Below, one piece after another: positions 1-13,279 of a stretch of DNA of 64,000 nucleotides. How positions within the stretch are numbered: the stretch's first letter is position 1; every line of letters starts with the position of its first letter. The position numbers and the translations under genes are program-made. Source of the DNA: Octopus sinensis (Eukaryota); NCBI RefSeq assembly GCF_006345805.1, contig NC_043006.1, forward strand, positions 21,762,001 through 21,826,000, given 5' to 3'. A model generated the notes under the pieces. The model was not told where the DNA came from. It was given only the letters and a program-made list of their open reading frames with translations, and did not search any database.

Positions 1-767
1 CCTAGCGGCAGACGAAATACCGCTAAGCATTTTCGCCCGGCTCCCTAACCATTCTGCCAGCTCGCCGCCTAAGTAATAATGATAATAATAATAATAATAT
101 AATAATAATAATAATAATAATAGTAACAGTTTCAGATTTTGGTGCAATGCCAGCAATTTCGAGAGAGAGTGTAAGTCGATTACATCGACCCCAGTGCTCA
201 ACTGGTATTTATTTTATCGACCCTGAAAAGAGGAAAGGCAAAGTTAACCTCGACGGAATTTGTCTTAGACCTTAAGGACGGACGAATTGCCGCTAAGCAT
301 TTTGCTCTGCAAGCTAATGATTCTGTCAGCTCGCCACCTTAATAATGAAAATAATCCGTTTTTTACCATAGGCATAATGCCTGAAATTTCGGGAAGGGGT
401 TTGTCAATTACATTAATAACAACAATAAGAACAAGAATGGTTTCTAATTTGAAAGAACGCCAACAATTTTAAGGGGGACTCAAGTTAGTTACTTCCATCG
501 ACTCCAGTGCTTGACTATTACTTTATTTTATCGTCTCAGAAAGGCTGAGAGATAAAGTAGATCCCTCTCTTTCTCTCTCTCTCTCTCTTTCGCTACCTCT
601 ATCTCTCTATTAATTTATCTCTATCTCTTTCCTTATTTCTTTCTCCCTCCCTCTCTCCTGTCCCTCTTTCTCTCTATCCATCTATCTATCTCTCTTTCTC
701 TATTCATCTATCTATCTCTAGTTCCTCTCAGATTTAATAGTTAAATTGTCTCATCACTTGTATTTGT

Positions 768-1078
768 GGAGGCACATAGCCTAGTGGTTAGAGCAGCGGA
801 CTCGCGGTCGAGGGATCGCGAGTTCGAATCTCAGACCGGGCGATGTGTGTGTTTATGAGCGAAAACACCCTAAGCTCCATGCGGCTCCGGCAGAAGGTAA
901 TGGTGAACTTCTGCTAACTCTTTTGTCACAACTTTCTCTCACTCTTTCCTCATGCATCTTGCAGCTCACCTGCGACGGACCGACGTCCCGTCCAGGTGGG
1001 GAACCTATACGCCAAGAAACCGGGAAACCGGCCCTAATGAGCCAGGCATGGCTCGAGAAGGAACAAGCAAAACAATCA
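768..1078 (+). mobile_element. tRNA-headed SINE, family C
   Basis: A-box TAGCCTAGTGG and B-box GAGTTCGAATC, followed by a body shared with copies at 6805, 26652 and 63522. Confidence 0.8.
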
Positions 1079-1280
1079 CTTGTATTTCTACGACCACAAC
1101 TGTGCACAGCTCTGGATGTTCATACTTTCCCTCCTGACGACATAATATTTTTGTCACATCTACAAAGCTCGAGTGATATTCGCAACCTAGAATGCTTTAA
1201 GGGAAATATTTATTGACTGATTAACAGAAAGTCACTCACAGACATTCTGGCCCAGAGGCCGTGCTGTTCCTCCACGCTTC

Positions 1281-1940
1281 TCATTTTACCGCTACTACAG
1301 TAGCTCCCCAGAGCTGGCTTCTCAATTCAGATACTTCCGGCTCATTCTCTCTCCTCCTCTCGTGAACCATACTGTGTCCAATCCGCTGGTCCAAAACAGT
1401 ACGTACTTTGTCTGGTTCTTCCTCACCAGAACGTCGTCTCTTTCGTATCGTCTCCCAATTCAAGTCTTCTCTGTAACAGTTCAGTTGGAGTACTAACGGC
1501 ATCAGTTTCACCGGTTTCAGAGGTCCTGCGAAGATCGTGGGCACTGTATCTTCCGCCAGATAAAGCATATTAAAAACACTTACCATCACTACATATATTC
1601 TACTATAAAAATGACAACAAATTAGATATCAATTTTACTATGAATACTCTTTTGCATTACGCTGGCTTAATTATTATGGTATCAGTCTATGACCAACTGA
1701 TTTTCGAGCTGTCTCTGTTTGTCTATGTTCGGTATGCCTTGCTCCAGTCGATAGACAACACTGTTCTCCATACATCGGCAAAGAGTTTCTTCATATGCTC
1801 TACTGAGAGTACAATGAAAGTGCCTTCTCCTTTTCGTATCAATTTTCTCCCTGTCCCTTCTTGGACAAATTCCTCAAACAAGGAGACATATGCTTTTATG
1901 GCACACTGCTGCGAGACATCAATCTTCCTCGTATTTGATC
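1281..1940 (-). mobile_element. Degenerate Ty3/Gypsy integrase C-terminal fragment (core end, GPF module, chromodomain-like tail)
   Basis: Minus frame at ~1680-1940 reads FVQEGTGRKLIRKGEGTFI..MKKLF..AYRT*TNR, resembling integrase FGxPxxLxSDxGxxF...AYxPQTNG. Downstream on the same strand, IFAGPLKPVKLMPLVLQL (GPY/F-like) and EEEPDKVRTVLDQR (chromo-like). Confidence 0.45.
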
Positions 1941-1942
1941 TA

Positions 1943-2220
1943 TAAGGCAGCGAGTTGGCAGTAAAGCAGCGAGTTGGCAGTAAGGCAGCGAGTTGGCAGA
2001 AACGTTAGCACGCTGGGCGAAATGCTTAGCGGTATTTCGTCTGCATTACATTGTGAGTTCAAATTCCGCCGAGGTCGACTTTGCCTTTCATCCTTTCAGG
2101 GTCGATAAATTAAGTACCAGTTACGCACTGGGGTTGATGCAATCGACTTAATGCCTATGTCTGTCCTTGTTTGTCCCCTCTGTGTTTAGCCCATTGTGGG
2201 TAATAAAGAAATAGGTATTT
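1943..2220 (+). mobile_element. tRNA-headed SINE, family A, with its 19-bp 5' end triplicated
   Basis: GGCGAGYTGGCAGAAACGTTAGCA...GAGTTCAAATTCC head with the common body. TAAGGCAGCGAGTTGGCAG occurs three times at 1943-1999. Other family A copies: 1-69(-), ~170-338(-), 29215-29450(+), 29452-29580(-), 33674-33908(+), 41922-42152(+), 44121-44350(-), 47276-47514(+), 54900-55117(+), 55452-55653(-). Confidence 0.85.
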
Positions 2221-2999
2221 GATCTATGCTTAACAATTTCTTTCGACAAACAATGTTGGCAAAACTGCTTTCAATGTCACTAACATCCTCGCTCGGCAAA
2301 ATGTGTGCATGAATGTTGTCATGAAAGGCGTCCTAAAGCCGGTTCACATTAATATTAAAGTATACAGAATCTCCCTCACTCCTTCTTTCATACCGTGTGT
2401 ACCGCAATGCAAAATATCAAACTTCTTTTACCTAACTTTTATATTTCTATTTACATTTTGTATAGTTTATTCGATTAACTTTTCCTTTGAGGTAGAAGAG
2501 AGTTACTTCTAGTTCTAAGTACCATTTTTACTTGAGTCCAAACGCTAAACAATAGAGTTTTAAAAATTGTTTTTTTTTCTTTCTTTCTCTGTGGGGTAAA
2601 ATTAAAATGAGTCGTTTGATGTGTGTTTCATCGTGGTGTTCTGCTTTCATGTTCATACATTTCAAGTAAAATCTTCGTAAATATTTCCAAAAACTTTATT
2701 CATTCCGTGAACTTTGATTCTTGAAAACAACTACAGTAAACAGTTGAATAACACATGAAAGAACTGCTCACATATAGATATCTGTGTCTGACTCAATCGT
2801 TAGTTTGATAGCTATCAAACGACTAACCCAATGTATACAGATTTCTCTTGATCAGTGGCCAGTACCACCGCGTCAAAATATTAGGGATGAATTTTGCCCG
2901 ATTCCACATGCTTCTTTGTTCGCTATGGTGTTGAACAAATTTAAAAAGTTTAAAAGTCAACTTAACCCTATAAATCATGATAATTTGTCTACCCCTTTT

Positions 3000-3130
3000 T
3001 TTTTTCAATATTCCCAGACTACGGAAGGCTTGCTCCTCTTTGTGAAACACTATTTCTAACGTACTTTCTGACTCTTCTGCAATATTTTCCCTCCACGGGG
3101 CAGCAGCCCAGAAAAGTTTGGGAACCACAG
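3000..3130 (-). mobile_element. hAT/Charlie-like DNA transposon terminus
   Basis: Minus strand starts CTGTGGTTCCCAAACTTTT, close to the Charlie-type terminal repeat CAGTGGTTCCCAAAC. Partner end not found. Confidence 0.35.
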
Positions 3131-3594
3131 CTCTAAACTAAAATATGTGTATGTGTGTATTGTAGACAGACAGACAGACAGACAGACAGACGGACGGACG
3201 GACGGACGGATACATACAAACATACATACGTACTTAGACGTATTATTTTCTGCTCTTCTTCCATTGTATTTCAAAGAAACTATAACAATACATACAGAGC
3301 TGGATTTGTTCATTAATGTTACTTCATTGCTTTCTTAGCACTGAATGCTCTATAACCGTTGCTGTTTCCCTGCACTCTTGTATCTCAACTTTATATATGT
3401 TCATGAGTGTGTGTTTGTGTGTGAGTAATTTTGTTTGTATGTGTGCTGCTTTTGTTGGGGTGTGTGTGTGGAGGGTGAGTGTGTGTATTTTGTGCTTGAG
3501 TTCCCTCCCCCCACCATCGCTTGACAATGAGCCTACTACTTATTCTATTTGTCTCTTTTGCTGAACCGCTAAGTTACGGAGACATAAACACACT

Positions 3595-4106
3595 AGCATA
3601 AACACGCCTTCATATTATCTTCCTCTTTTCTTTCTCTCGCTCCCCCTCTCTCACGTTTCTTGGCCCTCCCTTTCTTTAACTCCCACTTTTCCTCTTCGTT
3701 TATCTCCCCTGTACCTCTCCCTTTGTCTCTTTGATTTTTTTTCTAATCCTTCAATCCTGCTGATGGACAATCCTGCTGATTCTACCCCTTTCTCCTTCTT
3801 CCATGTGACCGATGTTCGGCCAGCCATGATCTTTCTCCCTTGGCCTGACTACCGACCACCAACACCTCTTATGTCCATCTCCTATGTTCTTGCCTTTAGG
3901 ATTTCACTTTATACACGCCAGCTCAATTTTATTCGCCCCTAGTCGAAAAACACCTGTTGTTATATTCTTGTTGTTTGTATTTGTAATTGCGAACCATGTT
4001 CTCTGTTTTTTGTCTTTGTTGCCGTACACATTTGCTAGCTTTCTTACAAATGATCTAATGCTCTTAGCTTAGACTTTCTGGGGGCAAACAGATCGAACAG
4101 TCTCAA
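3595..4106 (+). mobile_element. Penelope-like element-derived non-coding fragment
   Basis: Homologous in reverse to ~10170-10700, which is attached to a pLTR-like unit repeated at 9980-10240 and 10760-11000. Confidence 0.55.
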
Positions 4107-4159
4107 AACACACACACATACTCTTACACACATATACACATACATACGTACATACATAC

Positions 4160-4191
<32 letters not shown>

Positions 4192-4510
4192 TATGTATGT
4201 ATGTATGTATGTATGTATGTATGCATGTATATGTATATAAAACATATTTCTATCAAAATACAATATTCGTAATACTTCTTTGAAAATTAAAAATGGTCTA
4301 AAGAAAAAGACAATAGTATTTATCATGTCTATCTTAATAGGTTTTTGTTTCTTCAAACAAATTTAGATTTACATTTTAGATAAACATGTATGTATAAGTG
4401 TGCCTGTATATGTGTATATGTGTGTTTATGTGTGTACATGGATGTATGCTGCATATACATATATGAATTTGTGCGTGTATGTGTGTATATATTTGCATGT
4501 ATGTATATAC

Positions 4511-4547
<37 letters not shown>

Positions 4548-4879
4548 TGTGTGCGTGTGTGTGTGTATGTACGCGCATGTGCGAGCTGGAGAACAAAAGA
4601 AAGTAGCTTCCAACATATCTCGTAGGAGTTATATATATATATTTAATAACATTTCAACAGTTAGGAGCAGATGTTTTTATCGCCAGATAAGATGGACATG
4701 TCGTACGAATCTTTAATTCTCACAAATCTTAAAGCGATTTGGTGCTGAATCAAACTCCGTGCGTGTGTGTGCGTGTGTGTGCATGTGTGTGCGTGTGTGT
4801 GCATGTGTGTGCGTGTGTGTGTGTGTGTAAATATGTATATATATACATATATATATGTATATATATATATATATGTATA

Positions 4880-4973
<94 letters not shown>

Positions 4974-4989
4974 TGTGTGTATGTATATG

Positions 4990-5044
<55 letters not shown>

Positions 5045-5407
5045 GAAGTGGAAATAGCACAGAATTCAATAAAAATTATTTACAGAAAATATAGAATATT
5101 GCCAGTTTCGATGATGAATCTCATTTTATCAAATATTAGTAAACATTTATAAAAGTTTGAGGCAAAAACAGTTTATCTTCTGTTTGGAGATCAAAAACAT
5201 CTCTGGAGTTTTTATCGTTGAATTCTTCTTTAAACATAGTTTTGGTATAGAGTTCAGGGTGATAGAGAAGGGGTGTAGTTGTCTATTGCCTATAAAAGTA
5301 CCTGTGGGTTCGTGCCAGGGGTGTAGCTTAAAAGTATTTAATGAATGGGTTTTATGTCCATCTGTGTGTCTATGTGTGCGCGCGCGCATTCTCTCTTTTC
5401 TCTCTTT

Positions 5408-5816
5408 CTCTCTTTTACTTGTTTCAGTCATTTGACTGCGGCCATGCTGGAGCACCGCCTTTAGTCGAGCAAATCGACCCCGGGACTTATTCTTTGTAAG
5501 CCCAGTACTTATTCTATCGGTCTCTTTCGTCGAACCGCTAAGTGACGGGGACGTAAACACACCAGCATCGGTTGTCAAGCAATGCCACGGGGACAAACAC
5601 AGACACACAAACATATACACACACTTACATATATATAGATATATACATATATACGACAGGCTTCTTTCAGTTTCCGTCTACCAAATCCACTCACAAGGCA
5701 TTGGTCGGCCCGGGGCTATAGCAGAAGACACTTGCCCAAGATGCCACGCAGTGGGACTGAACCCGGAACCATGTGGTTGGTAGGCAAGCTACTTACCACA
5801 GAGCCACTCCTGCGCC
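5408..5816 (-). mobile_element. tRNA-headed SINE, family B, with internal (TA/TG) microsatellite
   Basis: GGCGCAGGAGTGGCT..TGGTAAG head, GGTTCAGTCCC B-box and (AAAGAGT)n-like tail. Other copies: 15118-15425, 21130-21363, 21778-22365, 25818-26240, 30870-31070, 32939-33381(-), 34172-34554, 37795-37960, 39410-39670. Confidence 0.85.
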
Positions 5817-6678
5817 TTGTGTGTGTGTTGTGTTCAAAGTCCTTCCAATATGTTTGGAATGTGAGCAACTGTCAGTTGATGGGTTTGTATATTGTGATGA
5901 ATGTCTTGTTAAAGAAAAAATTGGGGATTTCCTTATTCGTGCTTGATGTTTTCTTATGAGTGTCTCCACCCATGTGTATGTGCATATGTGTGTGTGATGC
6001 TTTCTTTTGGGTGTCTCCAGCTGTGTGTATGTATGTGTGTGTGTGTTTTTTCGCGATGTTTTCATTCGTGTGTATGTGTGTGCGTGTGTGAGTGTGTGAG
6101 TGTATGTGTGTCTTTGTGTGTGTGTGTGTTTTCTTCACACACGCACACACATACACGCAATAGAAAACATCGCAAAAAACACACACATACACACATACAC
6201 AACGCACATATACTCACACACAAACAAACGTCTGCACACATACACAACACACACATACACTCACACACAAAATAAAACATCACAGAAAAACTCGCACACT
6301 TCTGCACACGCACACACAAGCACACACCCACATGTAAATACACACATACCCACACATAGACAAACGAAAACATCACAAAAAACATACACACACATACATC
6401 TGCACACACACACACACACATGCACACATACACACACATACACAATCACACACATACACACATACATATACACAAAAGAAAACACACACGTCTGCACAGA
6501 CGCACACACACACACATACACTCATACAGACACACACATGTACACAACTCGGCTCACACATACCCACACATACACACACACACAAACACTCACACATACA
6601 CTCACACGCACACACACAAATGCACACACACACACATACCCACACACACATACACGTACATACACATATGTACACACA

Positions 6679-6710
<32 letters not shown>

Positions 6711-6804
6711 TAAACACAAATGGAGACACTCAAAAGAAAACATGAAACCCAAAGAAGGAAAATCCTATTTTTTTTCTTTAAGACATTCATTACGATATAC
6801 ACGT

Positions 6805-7185
6805 GGAGGCGCAATGGCCCAGTGGTTAGGGCAGCGGACTCGCGGTCATAGGATCGCGGTTTCGATTCCCAGACCGGGCGTTGTGAGTGTTTATTGAGCG
6901 AAAACACCTAAAGCTCCACGAGGCTCCGGCGGGGGGTGGTGGTGATCCCTGCTGTACTCTTTCACCACAACTTTCTCTCACTCTTACTTCCTGTTTCTCT
7001 TGTACCTGTATTTCAAAGGGCCGGCCTTGTCACTCTCTGTGTCCCGCTGAATATCCCCGAGAACTACGTTAAGGGTGCACGTGTCTGTGGAGTGCTCAGC
7101 CACTTACACGTTAATTTCACGAGCAGGCTGTTCCGTTGATTCGGATCAACCGGAACGCTCGTCGTCGTAACCGACGGAGTGCTTC
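6805..7185 (+). mobile_element. tRNA-headed SINE, family C head with an alternative body
   Basis: Head as at 768. The 3' body (GAACTACGTTAAGGG...GGAACGCTCGTCGTC) is shared with the copy at ~20420-20720. Confidence 0.75.
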
Positions 7186-7260
7186 CACGATATACACACC
7201 CATCAGCACACAGATGAACGTTGAACACAATATACACACACACGCACACACACACACACG

Positions 7261-7300
<40 letters not shown>

Positions 7301-7690
7301 CACACACAAGTGGACATACAACCCATTCAATAAATGCTTTCCAGTCAACCTCTTGGCATGAACCCATTCAGATTATCTTTTTAGGCAATAGACAACTACA
7401 CCCCCTCTCTATCACCTTCAACTCTATGCCAAACTATATGTAACCAAGCAGAAGATAAACTGTTTTTACTTCAAACTTTTATGAATTTTTACTAATATTT
7501 AATAAGATGAGATTCGTTATCGAAGCCGGTAATATTCTATATTTTCTGTATATAATTTTTAAATCATTTTATTAAATTCTTTCTAAATTGAAATGTCTTA
7601 GATTTACTTCTGTGCTATTTCCACATCAATCTTTTATGTATAAAAATTTGATTTGCATAGATCTCTAATCTGTTTCAACTATATATATAT

Positions 7691-7740
<50 letters not shown>

Positions 7741-7867
7741 ATATATATTATATATATATATATATACACTACATATATATACATACATACATACATATAT
7801 ATATATATTATAATATATATATATACATATATATATACATACATACATAATATATATTATATATATA

Positions 7868-7902
<35 letters not shown>

Positions 7903-7906
<4 letters not shown>

Positions 7907-8111
7907 GGGAAAGTTTGCGAAAATAAACAAAAGACGAAGGCAAGTGGAGTACAAACAAACAAATGTATTAGTATAGCACTCAGGAATAGAAATAGAAAAA
8001 GTATTTTACGTTTCGAGCCTACGCTCTTCGACAGAAAGATACACAGAAAAAAACAAGGAGAGAAACAAGAAGAGAAAAAATGCGTGTAGGAGCTAACGAT
8101 CTGTCATGGCG
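7903..8111 (-). mobile_element. PLE pseudo-LTR fragment flanked by (TA)n, carrying an HHR motif
   Basis: Homologous to 40089-40320 and 60971-61120; contains the HHR motif at 8002-8039. Confidence 0.6.
8002..8039 (-). ncRNA. Minimal type I hammerhead motif, variant core CUGUCGA
   Basis: UCUUU-CUGUCGA-A-GAGC[GUAG]GCUC-GAAACGU-A/AAAUA; stem I has one mismatch. Confidence 0.5.
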
Positions 8112-8114
8112 TCC

Positions 8115-8189
<75 letters not shown>

Positions 8190-8920
8190 GTGGGAATGAA
8201 TTTTTAGTAACTGTTAACGTAATTTACTTAAGTTTACTGTTAGCCTCTCCTTTCTTACAAACACCAAGTTGATAGTTAACTCGCTTTGTGATCATGAGTG
8301 TGCCAAATCTCACGGGTGCGTATGCTCACATTTTCACGGATGCTTAAATGACCGAGTGCGCTAGCACCCTGCAGCTTGCCCGAGGGCATTTATACAGCTA
8401 TACTTGTTAACAGTTATGGATCTAGTCAACTGATTCGCAAAATATACATTTTTTATAAAGGAAGTAAAAAATCTGAAAATCGGCTATAATAATGTAGATT
8501 TCCAGTCTTATTGCTATGAAGGTATGATGTTGTGAAGAAAAAAAAATGGAGGAAAATGTTAGAGGTTTAAAAATCGAAAAAAACTGTGTATTTTTAGCTA
8601 ATAGCGAGACAGAAATTTTCTGCGTTTAGCGGCGGAGTGGTGTCAACTTTAAGGTTGTACCCTGTGAAATTTATAGTTTAGCGTCTGCGAAATGACCTGT
8701 TCCTTGTAGGTTTCTAAATAAACAGAAATACCTAATAAAATCAACATGTATCATCTTACTGTTTGTTTTTGTCTGTCCATTGATTATATGTTTATGATTT
8801 TTTCTTAATTTGTTATATTAATATATTTGTCGGAATGTGTTTACTTTATGCGTATTTCAGTATTATATATACCTGTAATGTATTTGTGTACATCAATAAT
8901 ATATAAGTGCACATGTGTGT

Positions 8921-8963
<43 letters not shown>

Positions 8964-9119
8964 GTAAACTACAATAAGAATTACACTGATCAACAAAGAA
9001 TTTGTCCCAAGCAAAAGAATACCTGCATCTTGTGTTTTTACATGCAGAATTCAAAAATTATGTCAAATTATCTGTATCACCCAGTTTCTCTGTTTCACGA
9101 TATCCCTCTCGGTTCCTGT

Positions 9120-9800
9120 TACGTGGGCTAAATTTCAGTTAAGCTGTTGAAATGTGAAGCTAACGGTTTAAGAAATACTCCTAATTTAAATGTTTATGAA
9201 TAGAATTAACCTAGTGGAATCATAAATCCAGCTGAGTCAATGAGTCACTGAAGCTTGGCAATACTGAGTCGGTGAGTCAGTCACTGATGTTTTGTCAGTA
9301 CTGTACTTGAAGTGTAGGTGTGCAGTTGTGTGCTAAGTTCACATATTCCATTCACCTTCATAATGCCAAGAAACTGTAAACAGTAAATTGCAAACAACTT
9401 TTGCTATATATGAAAAATATGTAAAATATTAAGACAATTGACGGAAAAACAAACCCGTGGGTGAAGTAAATCTCGTAGTGTGAAGAATCAATACATGCGG
9501 GGGATAGTGAAATACAATACTACGTGCAGTTGTCATGGTAACAAGCTGTTAATGCTTCGCTGTCTGTTGATTGGCTAAAATTACCCAAATTTCCCAACTT
9601 TAATTCCAAATAACATCAGAATCTTTAATTTACGGAGTAATTGGCTGATCGTAATCAAATTTCAGAGTTGCATCGATACACCAAAATTGAAGGCAATCTG
9701 AGAAAAATTAAAGGGGGCTCATTTTACGAATGAAACTAACAAGATCCACGGTTATTTTTAATAATTTTCTCGCTGTATTGCCTGTTCGTTTCTCTTTTGC
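9120..9800 (+). mobile_element. Degenerate DNA transposon fragment with a Cys-rich transposase N-terminus
   Basis: ATGCCAAGAAACTGTAAACAGTAAATTGCAAACAACTTTTGCTATATATG at ~9362 decodes, with one frameshift, to MPRNC..A.NFCYI, a start motif I recall from animal DNA-transposon ORFs. Superfamily not assigned. Confidence 0.35.
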
Positions 9801-9825
9801 CATCTGGGATTTCATTTTTGACCTT

Positions 9826-11000
9826 CTATGTAAATGAAGATATTTCCTCCGTCTGGCGACTTTTCTTTCTAGAAAACGAAAAGTTACATTGTGGAACTGT
9901 TATTTTCAACGAGTTGTGTCTATTTATCACCCGATGAGATACATCTGCACCGCCGGATGCCCCTGAAGTAGTTGTTGAGTGGTCCACGCGTGAGACATAT
10001 ATATAAAATGGAACAAAAACACAATAGAGGACAATAAAACATTCGGACACAGAGACGATACAAAGGAGGACAGGAAAGACAACGATTAGATGGATAGGGA
10101 AAAAAAGGACGGGTCATTCGTGGCCTGCTTTCGTCAGTCAAGTTACCAGATGTCCTTACAGTTTCGGGCAGTTACACTTGAGACTGTTCGATCTGTTTGC
10201 CCCCAAAAAAGTCTAAGCCAAGAGCGTTAAATTTTTTGTAAGAAAGCTACCAAATGTGTACGGCAACAAAGACAAAAAACAGAGAATATGGTTCACAATT
10301 ACAAATACAAACAACAAGAGTATAACAACAGGTGTTTTTCGACTAGGGGCGAATCAAATTGAGCTGGCGTGTATAAAGTGAAATCCTTAAAGCAAGAACA
10401 TAGGAGATGGACATAAGAGGTGTTGGTGGTCGGTAGTCAGGCCAAGGGAGAAAGATCGTGGTTGGCCGGGCATCGGTCACGTGGAAGGAGGAGAGAGGGG
10501 TAGGGGGCAGCGTGATTGAAGGATTAGAAAAATCCTTCAATTTGAGACAAAGGAAAAGGTACAGGGAAGATAAACGAGGAGAAAAAGTGAGAGTTAAAGA
10601 AATGGAGGGCCAAGAAATGTGTGAGAGAGGGGGAGTGAGAGAAAGAAAAGAGGAAGAAAATATGATAGGGACTAAAAGACAGTGTAAAAGAATCGTACAA
10701 AATTTAGATACATATAAGGTGAGAACAGGTGTACGTACGCCCCTATATGTATATATAAATATTAAAAAAATGGAACAAAAACGCAATAGAGGACAATAAA
10801 ACTTTCGGACAGACAGACGATACAAACACGGACAGGAACACCAAAGATCGTGTAGTCTCAAGTGTAACTGTCCGAAACTGTAAGGATATCTGGTAACTTG
10901 ACTGAAGAAAGAAGGTTACGAATGACCCGTCCTTTTTTCCTGTCCATCTAATTGTTGTCCTCTACTGCGTTTTTGGTCTATTTTTATATTTATATATACA
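9826..11000. mobile_element. PLE insertion with partial-tandem and inverted pseudo-LTRs
   Basis: The pLTR unit lies on minus at ~9980-10240 and again partially at ~10760-10840, then flips to plus at ~10841-11000 (GTCTCAAGTGTAACTG..CGAAACTGTAAGG..GACCCGTCC). Confidence 0.6.
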
Positions 11001-11042
11001 TATAGCGGCGTACGTATACACTTGTGCTCACCTTATAGTAAA

Positions 11043-11089
<47 letters not shown>

Positions 11090-13279
11090 GCATACATATA
11101 TATATATGTACATATTTATGTATAAATACATAGATATATATATGCATACATACATATACATACATATACATTATACATTAGTGTGTGTGTGTGTGTGTGG
11201 TGTGTGTGTGTGTGTGTGTGCGTGCGTGTGAAGAAGAAACCGGTAGAATATAAAGGAATATAAGTACTGGGGTCGATTGTTCGCTTAAACGCTTTGAGGT
11301 GGTGCCCCAGCATGACCACAGTCGAATGACTGACACAAGTAAAAGACAAAAAGAGAAGATATTCTTCTGTTCTTTTATTTTTATACGTTTCAGTTCAAGG
11401 ACTATGGCCATATTGGAACACTGCCAATATTTATATACATACATAAGTATGCGTATTTTTATGTATAAATCTCTGTGATTCACCAGAGGCGATAAATTGC
11501 AGTACTCTGTACAAATGTAAAGTATTCCTTAATACAATACAACTGAGACTTCAATTTTGAAAACACAATGTTACTCGTTTCTGATTATCAGCTGGTAAAC
11601 TATTGGCTCTTTTCGGCTGCCATCACAGATTTGGAAGTTTTAGAATTAATTGTAAGTTTTCAATTAATTGTAAGTATATTTAAGTGATCTTTAGCGCTGA
11701 ACCTGAATTTGAGAGTCCGTTTATTTCAGAAATAATTTAAAAAATTTTACAGAGGTACATATAACCCGAGGTTATAGAAAACACCTACCCAAGGTACCAT
11801 GCTGTGAGATTGGACCCGGAACCTTGTGTTTGAGTAGCAAACTATCTTACTACACAGCTTCGCATGCGCTAACTTCTTAGTCTCTTCCCCAATCTCTCTC
11901 CCTCTTTCTTTTACACCTTTTCGCTCATCTCCCTTTCGTATCCTTTCCCTATTGCCTAATATCTCCTGCATCTATCACACAATTTTTCCCTCTACCTCAT
12001 GATGTTTCCCTCCTTTCTTTATCGTGTCGTTTTCACGTTCTCTTTTGCCACTATCATCCCCCACTCGGTTTCTCTCCCTCTTTTCATACGCACACACAAA
12101 CACTCAAATTCTCCCTACGCTCTCATTCCTCATCTCCGTCTACAATTTGTAGCCTTCCTTTTTCATTCACACTCTCTTCCCTTCACTATCCTCAACTTTT
12201 GTATTTCTTTAATTCGCTCCTCTCACACGTAATCACACGTTACACAATTCCTCTCTTCTGTAACTAATAAATAATCGATTTTAGTCACTCCGACAATTCA
12301 ACCATGACACGACAGGTTTTATGTCACGATTTACAATGTCTACATTCAACGTGGTTATTTATTTAGATTTGCGAACTTAATTTCGCATGAATCCAGTCCA
12401 GTGTTAGCAGTCAACTTCGTGTTATTAACTTTCTTCAGCTAATCAGTTCTGCCACTTTCATTTATATGTATGTATGTAGTGTGTATGTATGTATGTATGC
12501 ATGTATGTATGTATGTATGTATGTATGTATGTATGTATGTATGTATGTATGTATGTATGCATGTATGTATGTATGTATGTATGTATGCATGTATGTATGT
12601 ATATATGTATGCATGTATGTATGTATGTATGAATGTATGTATGTATGTATGTATGTATGTATGTATGTATGTATGTATGTATGTATATATGTATCTACAC
12701 ATATATACATTTACAATTCATATATATATATAGTTTACATATATTGTATAAATATATATATATCAATATGCGTAAATTGTGCGCGAACACGAGCGTGCAT
12801 CTGTGTGTGCATGTATATATATATATATTATTGATACACACACACGCGCATATATATATACATACATACACACACATACTCACACACACACACAAATATC
12901 TACACACACACACATGCGTCGAGTGAGTTGGTATTTTATATGTTTGAAATTAAGGATATGTCGAATGTAGGGGAATAGCTGTGAAAACAGTTTAGAAAAT
13001 AGGGTAAAATACCGTTATAAGACAAAAGAAGTAACCGACAAGCCGCTATGTGCGTGTGTTTATAAAACTCACATTGCAACCACTTGGTTTTGGGTTCAGT
13101 CCCACTGCAGGGCACATTGAACAAGCAGGGAATATTTAACTATAGCTACAGGACGACTAATCTCTCGTCTTTGAATTTGGTAGATTGTGTGGAAGGTTCA
13201 CGTGTGTTTGCGTGTGTGTGTTTGTGTGTTTGTGGGTGTACACACACACACACGCGCATATGTATTCAACGGATATTTA

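Noticed and set aside
768-845. tRNA genes at SINE heads (also 6805, 26652, 28081, 63522)
   Set aside because: A and B boxes are present, but there is no complete cloverleaf and each continues into a repeated SINE body.
1281-1589. THAP domain (TVPTIF resembles AVPTIF)
   Set aside because: No upstream C2CH signature; the context fits a Gypsy GPF module better.
10100-10930. CTGACGA/CTGAAGA in the pLTR copies at ~10131(-) and ~10902(+)
   Set aside because: No GAAA follows the putative stem II; at best a decayed remnant.
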